Below are positions 24,166-37,250 of a stretch of 63,779 nt of DNA, piece by piece. The stretch lies in the NCBI GenBank assembly GCA_003427395.1, contig BFEA01000006.1, forward strand, positions 1,730,958-1,794,736. The letters run 5' to 3'. The position numbers and the translations under genes were made by a program. The notes beneath the pieces were generated by a model, which worked only from the letters and a program-made list of their open reading frames with translations, had not been told where the DNA came from and made no database searches. The DNA is from Chara braunii. Lineage: Eukaryota; Plantae; Charophyceae. Within the stretch, counting starts at the first letter, position 1. Every line of letters starts with the position of its first letter.

Positions 24166-26920
24166 ATGGAGAATGATGACTTTCAAACGTGCGACTGCGG
24201 TCGTCCCTTTGGCAGTCTTCGTGTATTAAATTCGCACCGTGCAAGACCTTGTATTGCCACCGTCACAGCAAGGGAAGGAGAGTCTCATAAAAACTTCAAT
24301 ATTGTAAATTCAGTAATAGACGTTTTCAATAGTTTATCCAACATCAACAACGATCACGAAGAGAATAACAATTATCATGCAGTATCTCATGACAATAACC
24401 ATGATGACATGCAAATGGACGAGTTGAAAACCATTTCTCTTTCGAATCGTTTCGAATCAGGACGTAGACTTGCAACTCTAATGGTATCTGCAAGAGGGGG
24501 GATTAAGATGTCAATTATCGATATGGATGCTCTTTTGAAGATCATTAGTCATCCCCAATTCGACCCCCACTCGATTCCATATCGTACAGCTCGAGAGTGC
24601 CTCAAATGGGTAAGTTCGCACGCAGGGGAAACAGGGTCGCAAGAAAGAGATCTCGGTGAGAGTGATTGGCCAGAAGATGCTCATGCAATACTTCTGTGGC
24701 GTGATTGGACGAAGACGTTTACGTTATTAGTGCAACATCGGTTATCCTCGGAAAACAAACTTATTGTAGAGGTACCATCAGACATTCCCGACGAGCCAGT
24801 TATAACAGGTGCCATCACAGGGAAACTTTGACGATACGTGCAAAATGTTATCCGCTGCCACAAAGGTCTCGATAGAAATGAAAGGGAACGCTATGTAATA
24901 CCTTTTTGTTTGTATTCAGATAAAACGCATCTTGATGGTCGAATGAAGTAAACGGCATATCCTTTGACGATGTCATTGGGTGATAGGGCAGCAGAGGCAA
25001 CGTTGTTGGCTTATCTGCCCATTTTGACCCATCGCCCTAAGGACAAAGGATGGTTACAAAATTGTTCGTCTTTAAGAAAACGCAAAAACATAATGCTGCA
25101 TTAAGCATTGTCAAGTGCATTACAGTCAGCAAAGGAAGCTTCGCACAATGGTATTCAAATTGCGACAAAAGATGATGGGGAAATGACAATTTATCCGTTT
25201 ATGTTAAATTATATTCAGGATTACCCGGAGAGATGTGCCCTTGCAGGAGTGAAGTTCGGACGTTGCCTAACGTGCATCGTACGGAGACATGACATGAATG
25301 TCCTTGCTGAATTTGATGATAATTGTCGGACAGAAACAGTTAACAGAGCGATCATACAAGCGTTTCGAAACCCCAACGATGTCGTGACAGCGCAAGAGAC
25401 AAGAGAAAAATTAACAAACTGGGGTCTTCACGGTGGAAGAGAATGGGTTATGTTTTTTTTTTTAAAGGGCCAAGAGCTCATGACTCAGCGCTCGATTATC
25501 ATCTTGCTCTCAACCGGACCATATCACACCATTGAGCATGGTATTTTTTTTGCATATTATAGATGTTTTTCGATCTGCAGTCAAAGATAAGTTGTCAAAT
25601 GTTGCATACAGAGAGGTATTAAATGAGTCAGATTCCAGATTGTACGTAATAAGTGTCCGTTCTGTGAAAACATTTATGAAGCTCGTTTTGCCTGTCTTTA
25701 CAGGAAGCGATTACTTCTCAAGGGAGGGTAGATTTGAGGCAAAGCAGAACCGCTCTGTGATGACGGTATGTGTCTTCATTGTTTACAATGTCATAGGGAA
25801 CAGAGCTGGACGAAGATTAACAGAGTGTTTTCGCAATTAATTAGAATATTATATAGTTGTATTTCGATCCACTTCACATACAAGTGTTAGTCTTGATCGA
25901 TGTGATGAGTTGTTGATTTAGTTTGTGAATTCTATCAACAGAGATATGAAGCAGTATCCGACCTCCCGTTGGAGAATTCCAAAGTTGCACGATCTAAACA
26001 AAAGTCGGAAATGCATTGAAAAATCCGATCTCCCTGACTCGTTTGCGGCGGATGTTTGGGAACACCACCATAAACAATTCTGCAAGCGACCATATCAATC
26101 TTCAAACCGTCGTAAAACTGAAAATCAGATGCTCGACCATGTCCGTAGATGTATTGCATTGGAAGAAGATACAAAAATAGTAAGGCGATGCAGAACAAAA
26201 AATGCAGAGAATTAATCATGTATTACGCAAGCGGAGACAACTGGGACCAATATCATAAATGCGAGGGACACAGCAGTATTGCGCGTCCAGTGGTTCTCGG
26301 TGAACGATCTTTCTCCAGATCTCATTGTTGGCAAGACAATGAAAGTTGCGAGAATTCTTGAAGAACTACCATATAAACCAGATTTCACTGTAGCATTGAC
26401 ATAATATATGGTTGGAAACGAGTTGCAAGCCCCGACATCCGATACAATAATAAGAGTTCGGACGCAAGTGGCAATAGCGTGCATTGTTGATGGTACAGTG
26501 AGGGGGGCGACAGTACAGATAGCAAGAGCAAACCCTCAATTTCACGGTCGTCCCATCCACTCAGATATAGCAGTAAGAGCTGCAGAAAATGTTTTATGGT
26601 GTGCGTCTCGCACAATGTTTTTCGTTGTCGAAGGAGTGAGCGAAGGTCTCCCTGCACGATATGACTTTGCATATGTGCAGTGGTACAAAGAAATTGAAAA
26701 TAGTCCATGCTATGTAACAGCCTGCAAGGTTGTAAAATGAGAAAAGGTGCACGGTCAACAACACAACAACGTCATTTCAGTGAACACCATTGTAGACACC
26801 GTCCACATTGTGCCATGTTTCAAAAAGCCAAGGTGGGGAAGTAAACAATTCGCAACAGTCAGAGACGACCAATGTTACATTAACAAAATATGTGATGTGA
26901 GTATTTTGTATTCACGCCTT
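24166..26920 (+). pseudogene. Plavaka-like DNA transposase pseudogene
   Basis: Ordered motifs 'LYSDKTHL...AYPLTMSLG', 'YIQDYPERCALAGVKFGRCLTCIV', 'WRIPKLHDL...WEHHHKQFCKRPYQSSNRR', 'NPQFHGRPIHSDIAV', 'FAYVQWY', 'VISVNTIVDTVHIVPCF'; N-terminal C2H-type finger; several stops and frameshifts. Confidence 0.75.
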
Positions 26921-27153
26921 TTGTTGAACTATGTCTTATTTTATTCATTTATCTTACTATTTTTTTAATGCCCACTAATAATGTCGACCTTTGTTTATCT
27001 CACACCATAGTGAATGAGAACTTATATATATGAAAAACAATATGAACTATAAAGAAACGTAATGAAATTAACTACACAGCTGAAATGGTGCAGCATTCTC
27101 TCTATGTTAATAAGATTATATCCATCAGTAAGAGGGAGTTGCTCTCTCTCTCT

Positions 27154-27240
<87 letters not shown>

Positions 27241-28101
27241 TAGGAATTTGTGTCTTTCTATTTCAATTGTCCTCTCTCTTCCTCTTTCTCTCTTTCTCTG
27301 TGTCTTTATCTCTCATCGAATTTCTTTTATTTTTATTTTTAGTTCGATTTTATTTTTCCTCTTTTCCCTTTTTACCTCTATCTCCTTTTGTCTTCCTGAT
27401 GACTTTCTTCATATTCTATAAATTATGTGAAGTAGTAAGTACCTTCGAAAGTGCATATGCCTGATATTTTTCTAATATGCTTTCCTCTTTTGGTTATTAA
27501 GCATAGATTCATAATTAAAAAAATGAAAAAAACTAAATGTCCCTCCTTGGTCATTTATAAAGAGAGTGACAAATAAGAATAAGTGGTATGACACTTTAAC
27601 ACGATAGATATATAATATGTTATTCTTGGTGGGGATAAGAAGACTTGAATGAATCCTTGACATACATACATTATTTATTTATGGCACTGGTGCATTGCAA
27701 TAGGAGACGGTGGGCGTTAATATCACTCTCTATCTCTAGCGTTATTCTTGGAAATCGGAATTGCAACCAACTTGCATTGCAATGAAACAACCGCAAAATA
27801 CACACAAAATAAAACATAAAAGCAACGTGGCACATCGAAGTAGAATTGATATATGAAGCATTAAAATACAGTGTACCTTTACTCTCTCTCTCTCTCACAC
27901 ACACATGAAATGCAAAGTTTCCAAATAACAATCTTGAAATCGAACAACCGTAGAAGTATTCAGCAAAAAAACATATTTTGAAGATGCACAAGGTACGTAC
28001 TACTTTCACCCACAAGTGATTTATTCAGGGTTGAAATACTGCCTACCCTTTTTCCCTATTTTTTTTTCGTTCTCCCACTTTTTTCGTCTCTCTCTCACAC
28101 A

Positions 28102-28198
<97 letters not shown>

Positions 28199-28236
28199 CT
28201 GTCTCTTATACACATCTAGATGTGTATAAGAGACAG
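28199..28236. other. Nextera mate-pair junction adapter (assembly artefact)
   Basis: Exact CTGTCTCTTATACACATCT-AGATGTGTATAAGAGACAG, i.e. two back-to-back Tn5 mosaic ends. Confidence 0.97.
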
Positions 28237-28241
28237 GTATG

Positions 28242-29574
28242 CAGGGTTGCCGGCGTTCAGGATGGGCCAAACGCCCGAACCCGAACGCCCGAACGTACGA
28301 AACCCCTTCGGAAGGCGTTCGGCCGTTCGGGCCGAACGCGGACCAAAAAAAAAAAAAAAAAAAAAACCAAAGTTTTCAAACAATTTCCAAAACAACATAT
28401 GTTGTGGAGAAAACTAAACTTAACAACATTTGCCTGGGCACTACATCCAAATTCTTTACCGAATTCGAATTAAGAATCAAATACAGAAAATAAACACTAT
28501 GATAAAAAAAAACAAAACAAAAGTGAATTAAAATGAGAGAGTGTGCCAGCACCTTTTCGACACCGCCATCTTTGCCGATTTTTAATTATTTTTTGGCATT
28601 GACAAATGCCCTGAAAATTTACAAATATGTAGTTTACATAATCAATAACTCATTAAAAAAGTTTCAAAAAAATAATAAAGTTTTTTAGGCCCCGAAATAA
28701 AGTGAAAACAAAAAGTTAAAAGTGAAAAAAAAAAAATAGTGAGTGGGTGAGCACGTTTTGACACCCCCATCTTTGAAGATTTTTAATGTTTTGTTGGCTT
28801 AGAAGAATGGCTTCAAAATTAATAGGTGTGTATGCTACATCATAAAGAGCTCACAAAAAAAACTTCAGAAAAAAAAACTTATTTTAAGGCCCTGAAATGT
28901 TTTTTGGCGGGGGTCGAACCTGGAGGTGTTCGGGGCCCGAACGGGACCCCGAACGCCCGAACGTTCGGGGACCAGCCCGGGGACGTTCGGGCGTTCGGGG
29001 TCCCGTTCGGGCCCCGAACACCTCTAGGTTTGGCCCCCGCCAAAAATGTTTTTGGGGCCTAACAGTAAGTTTGTTTTTCTGAATTTTTGTTCGTGAGTTC
29101 TCTATGATTTAACCTACACACCTCTAAATTTTGAAGCCATTCTGCTAAGCCAAAAAAACATTAAAAATCTTCAAAGATGGGGGTGTCAAAACGTGCTCGC
29201 CCACTCACTATTTTGTTTTTTTTCACTTTTAACTTTTTGTTTTCACTTTATTTCGGGGCCTAGAAACTTTAATTATTTTTTGAAATTTTTTTAACGAGTT
29301 ATTGATTATGAAAACTACATATCTGTAAATTTTTAGGGCATTAGTCAATTCCAAAAAATAATTAAAAATCGGCAAAGATGGCGGTATCGAAAAGGTGCTG
29401 GGAAACTCACTCATTTTAATTCTCTTTCTATTTTTTCTTATTTTTATCATAGTGTGTATTTTCTGTATTTGATTTTTAATTCAAATTTGGTAAAGAATTT
29501 GGATGTAGTGCCCAGGCAAATGTTGTTTAGTTTAGTTTTCTCCATAGAATTTGTTTTTTACCAGGATTTTTCGA

Positions 29575-29614
<40 letters not shown>

Positions 29615-29715
29615 TCCGCGTTCGGCTCGAACGACCGAACGCCTTCGGAAGGGGTCCCGTACGTTCGGGCGTTCGAGTTCGGCCGTTCGGCCCGTCCCGA
29701 ACACCGGCAACCATA
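28242..29715. mobile_element. Foldback made of two ~735-bp non-autonomous DNA-transposon units
   Basis: The whole span is an imperfect palindrome centred at ~28975, with ends CAGGGTTGCC / GGCAACC and CCGAAC subterminal repeats. Confidence 0.8.
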
Positions 29716-29732
29716 TATATATATATATATAT

Positions 29733-29852
29733 AGGGTTCAGCCTCCTGATGAGTCGGTGAAACTCCGACGAAACAGTTTGTCACAGCCCCTCGTTTGTTG
29801 TCCTCTTCTCTCTCTCTGCCTACGGTTTACCGGGCAGTTCTGTTTGTGACGC
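29733..29852 (+). mobile_element. Hammerhead element inside (TA)n, starting at the cleavage site
   Basis: (TA)n-AGGGTTCAGCCTC-CTGATGA-GTCGG-TGAAACT-CCGAC-GAAACAGTTTGTC...GTTTGTGACGC-(TA)n. Confidence 0.88.
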
Positions 29853-29999
29853 TATATATATATATATATATATATATATCATTGTCTGTATAAAAGTACG
29901 ATCATTGCAAAATGACGAGTACGCAATAAGTTTGAGCTCTCCCACGTGTAAATCTGGATACTAGTTGTTGTATGATACTATTCTTGTTCTTCCCCCCCC

Positions 30000-30057
<58 letters not shown>

Positions 30058-30843
30058 TTTGTTTCTGAGTGTATTTGTCCCTAGCAAACCCGACTTATAG
30101 ACGAGAAAAAAGAGAATGATATTCTCTTACTCCGCGAACCAAAAATATGACTTTTGAAAGGAATATGCGTTGTTGAAAGTAAAACAAACATAAGTTTCAT
30201 ATATCTTAAAAAAAAAACTCTTCTTAGCTATATTTATGTAACTTTTAAAACCTATTTACATGAGTACGTGCGTTAAGGGATCCAAAGTCATCCGTTGTTG
30301 ATTCATTCTGCAGACAGTTATGTTTTCATATCTTAGCGGCCGAACCGTGTTCTCGATGAAATTTCAGGATCCCCATCCTCCAAGGATAACAGGCGCATGA
30401 ATTGTAGCTCGGAATAGGAACAAGAGCCACAGGAATTGCATCAAAGTATAAAACGTTGTCATGGGGCGAAGACAATGATAAGCGATAAGGACAAGGACCA
30501 AATTTCTTATGATGTGTGTAATGCAAGTGGAAGTTCGAAAGAAGATATCGAAGGCAGAGTTGCAACATATGGTGTAACAAGACAAGACATCAACAACGAA
30601 CTTATCAAGAAATGCAATGAGTTTTATGATGCTCATTTTATTATCATGGAATCAACAAAAAATATCGAAGTTGACAATCTTCATGAGACTTGTGGGATGA
30701 CTCTTGCACGATCCTCGTTCTTACATAATGACCCGTGGTATGCGGAGATATACTACAATTGTCCATGGCGTAAGAAGCAGTGGGGACAACGCTATGTCGA
30801 GGCTCTTAGGAATGCAAGGGCAAATCAACGCAAATAATGTGTT

Positions 30844-31872
30844 GTGTCAAGGAAGGGTATGACAACAGACACAACATGCGTCACAGTTATGGAAGAAGCA
30901 GCAACGGAAAATGTCGAAGCGCACACTAACCAACCTGCCAATGAAGAAAAAAAGAAGACGACAATCACCGATGTTGGATCACTATTTCCGTGTAGTTACC
31001 ACAATCTGGTGATCGGAGGCATAAACATAACTCTCGAACATGTGAGAGTTGTGGGAGTTGGTGGATGGCTAACAGATGAGATTGTCAATTTTCTGTTGCA
31101 ATGGCCGTTGGAAGCACTGATGCGAAATCCCACTGTTCTCAACATTCATGTGTGCTCTACTTTTTGGTATAAGGTTTTAGAAAAGTACCAAAAACTTCAA
31201 CAGCGTGGAAAGGTAGGGTCAACCAAAGACGAAAACAATTGATAACTGTTGCACGAGACATGTGGGACTCCAGGCTGATTCTTATCCCATTGTGTCAAAA
31301 CAAACATTGAACCTTACTTTTGATGGTGAACATGGGCTCATTTGTAAAAAATGAGTTACCAAACGGATCTTTTCCACCAGTTATCATTCATCTCAATTCA
31401 TTCCAAAAGGCATGTCAGGCTGATTGGAGCGTTATATGCGCATTTGTTCGTGACGAGTTCCTTTTACACAAAACACACACAGGCACACGGTCAACAACTA
31501 GTGTGGCAAAATCATGGTCAAATGAGCAGAAGCATCGTAATGACGAGGAAAGAAGAAATGAATATTTTCCAACAACAGAACGAGGATGATTGCGGTATAC
31601 ACGTATGTTTGTACGACCAAACTCTAATTAGGCACTTTAGCACGTGTGGAAAGGAGGAAGAAATAAGCGGACCTCTTCTTATGAAAATAGTAAGCGGACC
31701 TTTTGTTATGAAAATAGTTTGTAAATTGTGCGTGAGTGAGGACGTAATCAAACGAAATCGACATTTGTTCGTGGACCAAACAACAGTGATGATGGCAACA
31801 TTGCACGGAATGGGGAATATAAACATTCAGTGCATAACTGAATATATAATGCAAACACCGATACATATATGA
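30844..31872 (+). pseudogene. Ulp1/SENP (peptidase C48)-like pseudogene, probably transposon cargo
   Basis: 'GWLTDEIVNFLL', 'IHVCSTFWYKVL', 'LILIPLCQNKH*TLL', 'IIHLNS', 'QQQNEDDCGIHVC'; frameshifted. Confidence 0.75.
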
Positions 31873-32053
31873 AAAGAATAGTTATCAGGATGCAAGGGAC
31901 GTGGATACGAGACCGGGTCGACATTTGATAGCATGATCTTTGCTTATATAATGTGTGGTGAGTTGGTGTCTGGCAAGACAGAAGGGTTGAAGAAACGTTT
32001 CAGAGAGAAGAGTAAAACAAATGTTTATATACATTTAGTCGACCACTAGATCA

Positions 32054-34288
32054 TTGACAAGCATGGTTCCCAGGATTGCAAATAAGGATGTCTGCGGATC
32101 ACACAGTCAGCGCAAGATGCAAAAAATTAAGAAAACAAAGAGCAAGAAAACGAGCACAAGATATTCCAAGAAGGTTGGTGTTGAAAAACTTTCGCTTCGC
32201 ATGGAGAAGAGGAGAAGCACCAAGTATCTATCAAACACAACGGTAAAAGTATCAAGAAACTAAAGGGTTGCACATACCACATCCCAATCTACCTCAGCAC
32301 ATGGAGTGTTGCAGACAGAAGAAGAGGTTAACACGACAACACAAGCAACAAAAAAAAGAAAGAATACAAGAAAGTTTGCGAGACGTACGGAGGACGAACA
32401 AGAATATGAAAAGAACCAACGGGCAAAAAAAACAATGTTGCGCATGAAAAAAGAACTACGCAAAAGGAAGCGTGCCGTATCTACATCAGACACAGAGAGC
32501 GGACCTTTGAATGGCAATGAAAATGGGTCAACGTCTCATGAAGAGGACTCCAATACCGAACAGTCCCAAAGTGAAGAACCGAATTCGAAGTCTGCCTCGA
32601 ATGACAGTGACAGAGCCAACGATGAAAGTGAAGACGGAGATGAAGAAGGAGAAATTCGTAGTGAAGATGATCGACGATGTCTTCAAGAAAAAACATCAGA
32701 CAAAGGTAACTATGCTGCATATTTCATTAACCAAAACTGATACATACTATTGTTTATAATAAAACGAGTGTGAGAGTGTGCGATATATCGAAGTGAACAT
32801 TATTTTGATCTCATCATGATAATAAAATTTGGATGCCATGTCAAATTTAATCACACGACTTGTACACAATTTTTCCCCTTTTGTCCTTCGGAGAGGAAGT
32901 TGTGCGTATACACATGCGTGGTTGCCCAACCATGAATTTTGTGAAAGCTTACATAGAAAGATCCCTTCTAGACCCAATTTATTTTCATTATAAGTAATCA
33001 TGACTTCTTTTCCTCCACCATTTATGGCAAAAACTTTAAATAATTAGAGTGGAATGGAAAAATGACGTTCGAGTTTTGCACACACCCTTTCCCTCTCCTC
33101 TCTCCCTCCGCCTTCTCTCCTACCGAAAAAGTCTGAATTTTTTTTTTTTAATGAATTTTGCATGCAAGGGGTGTCTTATCTAGAAGGGTGCCTTATCGAG
33201 GTCACCCTTGAGCAATAGGCAATGGTGCACACCCTGTAGTTTACGAATATGAGTTTGCATCGGTTTTCGTATCTTGTAGACCCTATGGTGCACGCCCTAT
33301 TGTGCAAATAGTCAACGAATATCAGTTTGCTAACTTTAATTAATGTTTTTTGTTAAATGTATGACATTATGGAAATATTGCAGGAACATGGCAATTGGTA
33401 TGTGCGGAGAAAGAAGTCATCCTGGAAGGAGAAAGAAAGAATGACAAAAAAAGAAAAATATGAGGAAGAAACAACATGCAGCATGTTTTCACAAAAAAAG
33501 AAAAAGCCAGGTTGTTACGATAAGTGGCAAAAGCATACGCATTCTCATCAGCGCACGACGCAACACTCTACCCATTAGAGGACACATTTTTGACTACAAT
33601 GAAATCCACCGTTGCGTTAATAAGTAAGGAGGTGGAAGAGGGGTTTGTTGATTATGTCACGGATCGAGGGATAAGATCAATTGTTGTAGAGTGCAATCAT
33701 GCGATGACAACAATTAGAGGGGAAATCACCTTCAACTTGTGACATTGGTTCTGGGCAAAAAAAACATGTCCACTGGTGAGAGCTAAACAAATAGATAAGT
33801 TGAAGACTTAAAGGAGTGATCTTAGGAAAGAAATGATGGTCAATGACAGCTGGAGGAGAAAGGGAAATGAGCCATGGGGTGAACCTGCTTTTCAGAAAGC
33901 TCTTCTAATGGTCTTCCAGCATGGTAGAGAAAGGAACAACGAAAAATGGGTTTCTCTGCAGCAACTAACATTCACTGAATTGTCCATCAAACAAGATATC
34001 CAAGGAACGAAGAAGTCTACAAATATTCGGCAGAGAATCAAAGAACTTGCTGGTACAAAACACGACATTGCTGCATCGGTCCGGGCAAGAGACAGTGTGA
34101 TGACGTTCTCTGTCCTCAAATTGGATAGTACGACATCTGTGGCCGATTGCGGGAGGAAATATTTCCTAGTGGGACAAGATCCAACAAAGGATGAAACAAG
34201 AAAGAGCGATTTGTTCTTCGATGATGATTATACTTTAGAGATCACCGCATCGACTCTCGTGTCTCGTAGAGGTGACAATGACAAATAA
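32054..34288 (+). pseudogene. Fragmented hypothetical coding region (charged low-complexity part plus a globular-looking C-terminus)
   Basis: Co-oriented ORFs 32306-32740, 33524-33742 and 33833-34288 with protein-like composition. Family not recognised. Confidence 0.35.
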
Positions 34289-34977
34289 ACATCAAAGTGA
34301 ATAGTTTTGTTGTATCACGTGTACGTGTCAAGAATAAGTTTTGTAATGTACTGGACCTCATTGCTTCTTGATTAACCATTACTGCCATGTACTATGTACC
34401 ATGTCTAATAGGCTAGATGTATCCTTATACAAACAGATAAAAAACCAATAACTAATGACACCGACCTACAAATAACTTAAATTGGACAGTTGGACCGGAC
34501 GTGTCTGATAGATAGAGTGTGCGATAGGCAATAAATATTTGCAAGTGTCTGAGTTTTTATTCTCTTAAGCAATGGTGTATAGTCTAGTGTGTGCACATTT
34601 CTATGTATTTATTTATTATGAGAATAAAATACTACGCTTCAACGAAGTGGGAGAGAAAAAAAAATATGATGAGCTCGATAGGAGATTGCAAGGACATTAA
34701 TATCGAAGGCCGCGTATTCTTAATGATACATCTAGAAAAACGTTAGAGATTACGAATTGTGTCACATCGACATATTGTATCAAGTGTCATAGTTATAGTT
34801 TCTATATGGTTTAAATTGAGATGATGACTTCGTGATTTGCTTAGACGAAATTGTGTCAAACAGTTATAATATGTGTGCAACTATCATGAATTTTTTATAC
34901 CTCTACAGAAAAAAGGCTACATATAACCCCACCCTTTCTTTCCAACGATCTTTATTTATTTATTCTCTCTCTCTCTT

Positions 34978-35071
<94 letters not shown>

Positions 35072-35218
35072 ACACACACACACAGAGTGTTCATATCCGT
35101 TTCTATCAATCAAAAGGGTAAACAGCATGCGATGAAATCCAAAATCCAAAATCAAAATTAATACGTAGTACTTTGATCCACAAGTGATGCAATAAGGGTT
35201 GAAATACTACATACCTAT

Positions 35219-35273
<55 letters not shown>

Positions 35274-35457
35274 GTGTTCATATCTGTCTCTATAATTCAA
35301 AAAGGTAAATAGCATGCAATGAAATCCGAAACCCGAAAGCAAAATTAAAAATTTTGGTATCTGTTTTCCTTTAAGGATCTACAAGGAACGTAGAACTTTT
35401 AGCTCCAACTGATGAATGTGGGTGTAAAAGAATATGTGTGTGTGTGTGTGTGTCTGT

Positions 35458-35494
<37 letters not shown>

Positions 35495-35828
35495 CATATC
35501 TCTATAAATGAAAATGGTTAACAACTTGCACTGAAACTCATAACACGTTGAGGCAAAATTTATTTGAGCCCGAACTGCTGCATTCGAGGAGAAAAGACAA
35601 TGTACCTTTCTCTCTCTCTCTCTCTCTCTCTTGTTCCTACCGGTCCCGAAATGATCAACATTGACAACAATATTAACTACAGTCGAACAATCACAAAATC
35701 CTTAGACAATAAACATTTTGTAGAAAGACAAGGTACGTAGTACGTTGAGTCACAAGTGATATGTTAAAGGCAAAAATACAACGTACTTTTGGTTGTGCAT
35801 TTGTGTGCGTGAGTGTCTCTCTCTCTCT

Positions 35829-35888
<60 letters not shown>

Positions 35889-35901
35889 CATTGTCTGTAT
35901 A

Positions 35902-36758
35902 NNNNNNNNNNNNNNNNNNNNNNNNNNNNNNNNNNNNNNNNNNNNNNNNNNNNNNNNNNNNNNNNNNNNNNNNNNNNNNNNNNNNNNNNNNNNNNNNNNN
36001 NNNNNNNNNNNNNNNNNNNNNNNNNNNNNNNNNNNNNNNNNNNNNNNNNNNNNNNNNNNNNNNNNNNNNNNNNNNNNNNNNNNNNNNNNNNNNNNNNNNN
36101 NNNNNNNNNNNNNNNNNNNNNNNNNNNNNNNNNNNNNNNNNNNNNNNNNNNNNNNNNNNNNNNNNNNNNNNNNNNNNNNNNNNNNNNNNNNNNNNNNNNN
36201 NNNNNNNNNNNNNNNNNNNNNNNNNNNNNNNNNNNNNNNNNNNNNNNNNNNNNNNNNNNNNNNNNNNNNNNNNNNNNNNNNNNNNNNNNNNNNNNNNNNN
36301 NNNNNNNNNNNNNNNNNNNNNNNNNNNNNNNNNNNNNNNNNNNNNNNNNNNNNNNNNNNNNNNNNNNNNNNNNNNNNNNNNNNNNNNNNNNNNNNNNNNN
36401 NNNNNNNNNNNNNNNNNNNNNNNNNNNNNNNNNNNNNNNNNNNNNNNNNNNNNNNNNNNNNNNNNNNNNNNNNNNNNNNNNNNNNNNNNNNNNNNNNNNN
36501 NNNNNNNNNNNNNNNNNNNNNNNNNNNNNNNNNNNNNNNNNNNNNNNNNNNNNNNNNNNNNNNNNNNNNNNNNNNNNNNNNNNNNNNNNNNNNNNNNNNN
36601 NNNNNNNNNNNNNNNNNNNNNNNNNNNNNNNNNNNNNNNNNNNNNNNNNNNNNNNNNNNNNNNNNNNNNNNNNNNNNNNNNNNNNNNNNNNNNNNNNNNN
36701 NNNNNNNNNNNNNNNNNNNNNNNNNNNNNNNNNNNNNNNNNNNNNNNNNNNNNNNNNN
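35902..36758. other. Assembly gap (also 37917-38786 and 45953-46017)
   Basis: Runs of N. Confidence 1.
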
Positions 36759-37074
36759 GAACGCATCCCCAAGGGGTCCCATACGTTTGGGCGTTCGGGT
36801 TCGGGCGTTCGGGTTCGGACGTTCGGGTTCGGGCGTTCGGGTTCGGACGTTCGGGTTCGGGCGTTCGGCCCGTCTTGAAGGCTCGTTACCCTGTATATAT
36901 ATATATGTATATATATATATGGATATATATATATGTATGTATAAATCAATAGAATCTCAAATATTCTATTTTTTATTTATTTATTTGATTACTAATTCAA
37001 TTCATCAAATAAAAATAAGATTCTTCTTTTTTGTTGTTGATTTCATTAACACTTATATAAAAAAAATAATCACC

Positions 37075-37103
37075 ACTATAATTATTTATTATAATAATGT
37101 CAA
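37075..37103 (-). promoter_or_regulatory. Plastid PEP-type promoter (possibly psbA) within the NUPT
   Basis: TTGACA-17 nt-TATAGT downstream of trnK exon 2. Confidence 0.6.
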
Positions 37104-37180
37104 TTTTTCCTGAATTTCTATATTGGAATATAGAAATTCAGAAAAAATTGATATTGAAGTTGATTATCACGTTCAAGTAA

Positions 37181-37215
37181 TGGGTTGCCCGGGATTCGAA
37201 CCCGGAACTAGTCGG
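37181..37215 (-). pseudogene. trnK: Plastid trnK-UUU 3' exon fragment
   Basis: CCGACTAGTTCCGGGTTCGAATCCCGGGCAACCCA preceded by an intron end ...TACTTTCAT. No 5' exon. Confidence 0.85.
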
Positions 37216-37250
37216 ATGAAAGTATATATATCGTCATATATATATATATA

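Larger units (their letters stand above)
36940..37224 (-). other. Nuclear insertion of plastid DNA (NUPT)
   Basis: Very AT-rich segment with a group II intron 3' end, trnK exon 2, a strong hairpin (37100-37151) and a sigma70-type promoter, flanked by (TA)n. Confidence 0.75.

Noticed and set aside
28199-28236. Genuine Tn5/IS50 transposon ends
   Set aside because: This is the synthetic mosaic-end junction adapter; no transposase is present.
37181-37215. Functional tRNA-Lys gene
   Set aside because: Only the 3' exon is present.
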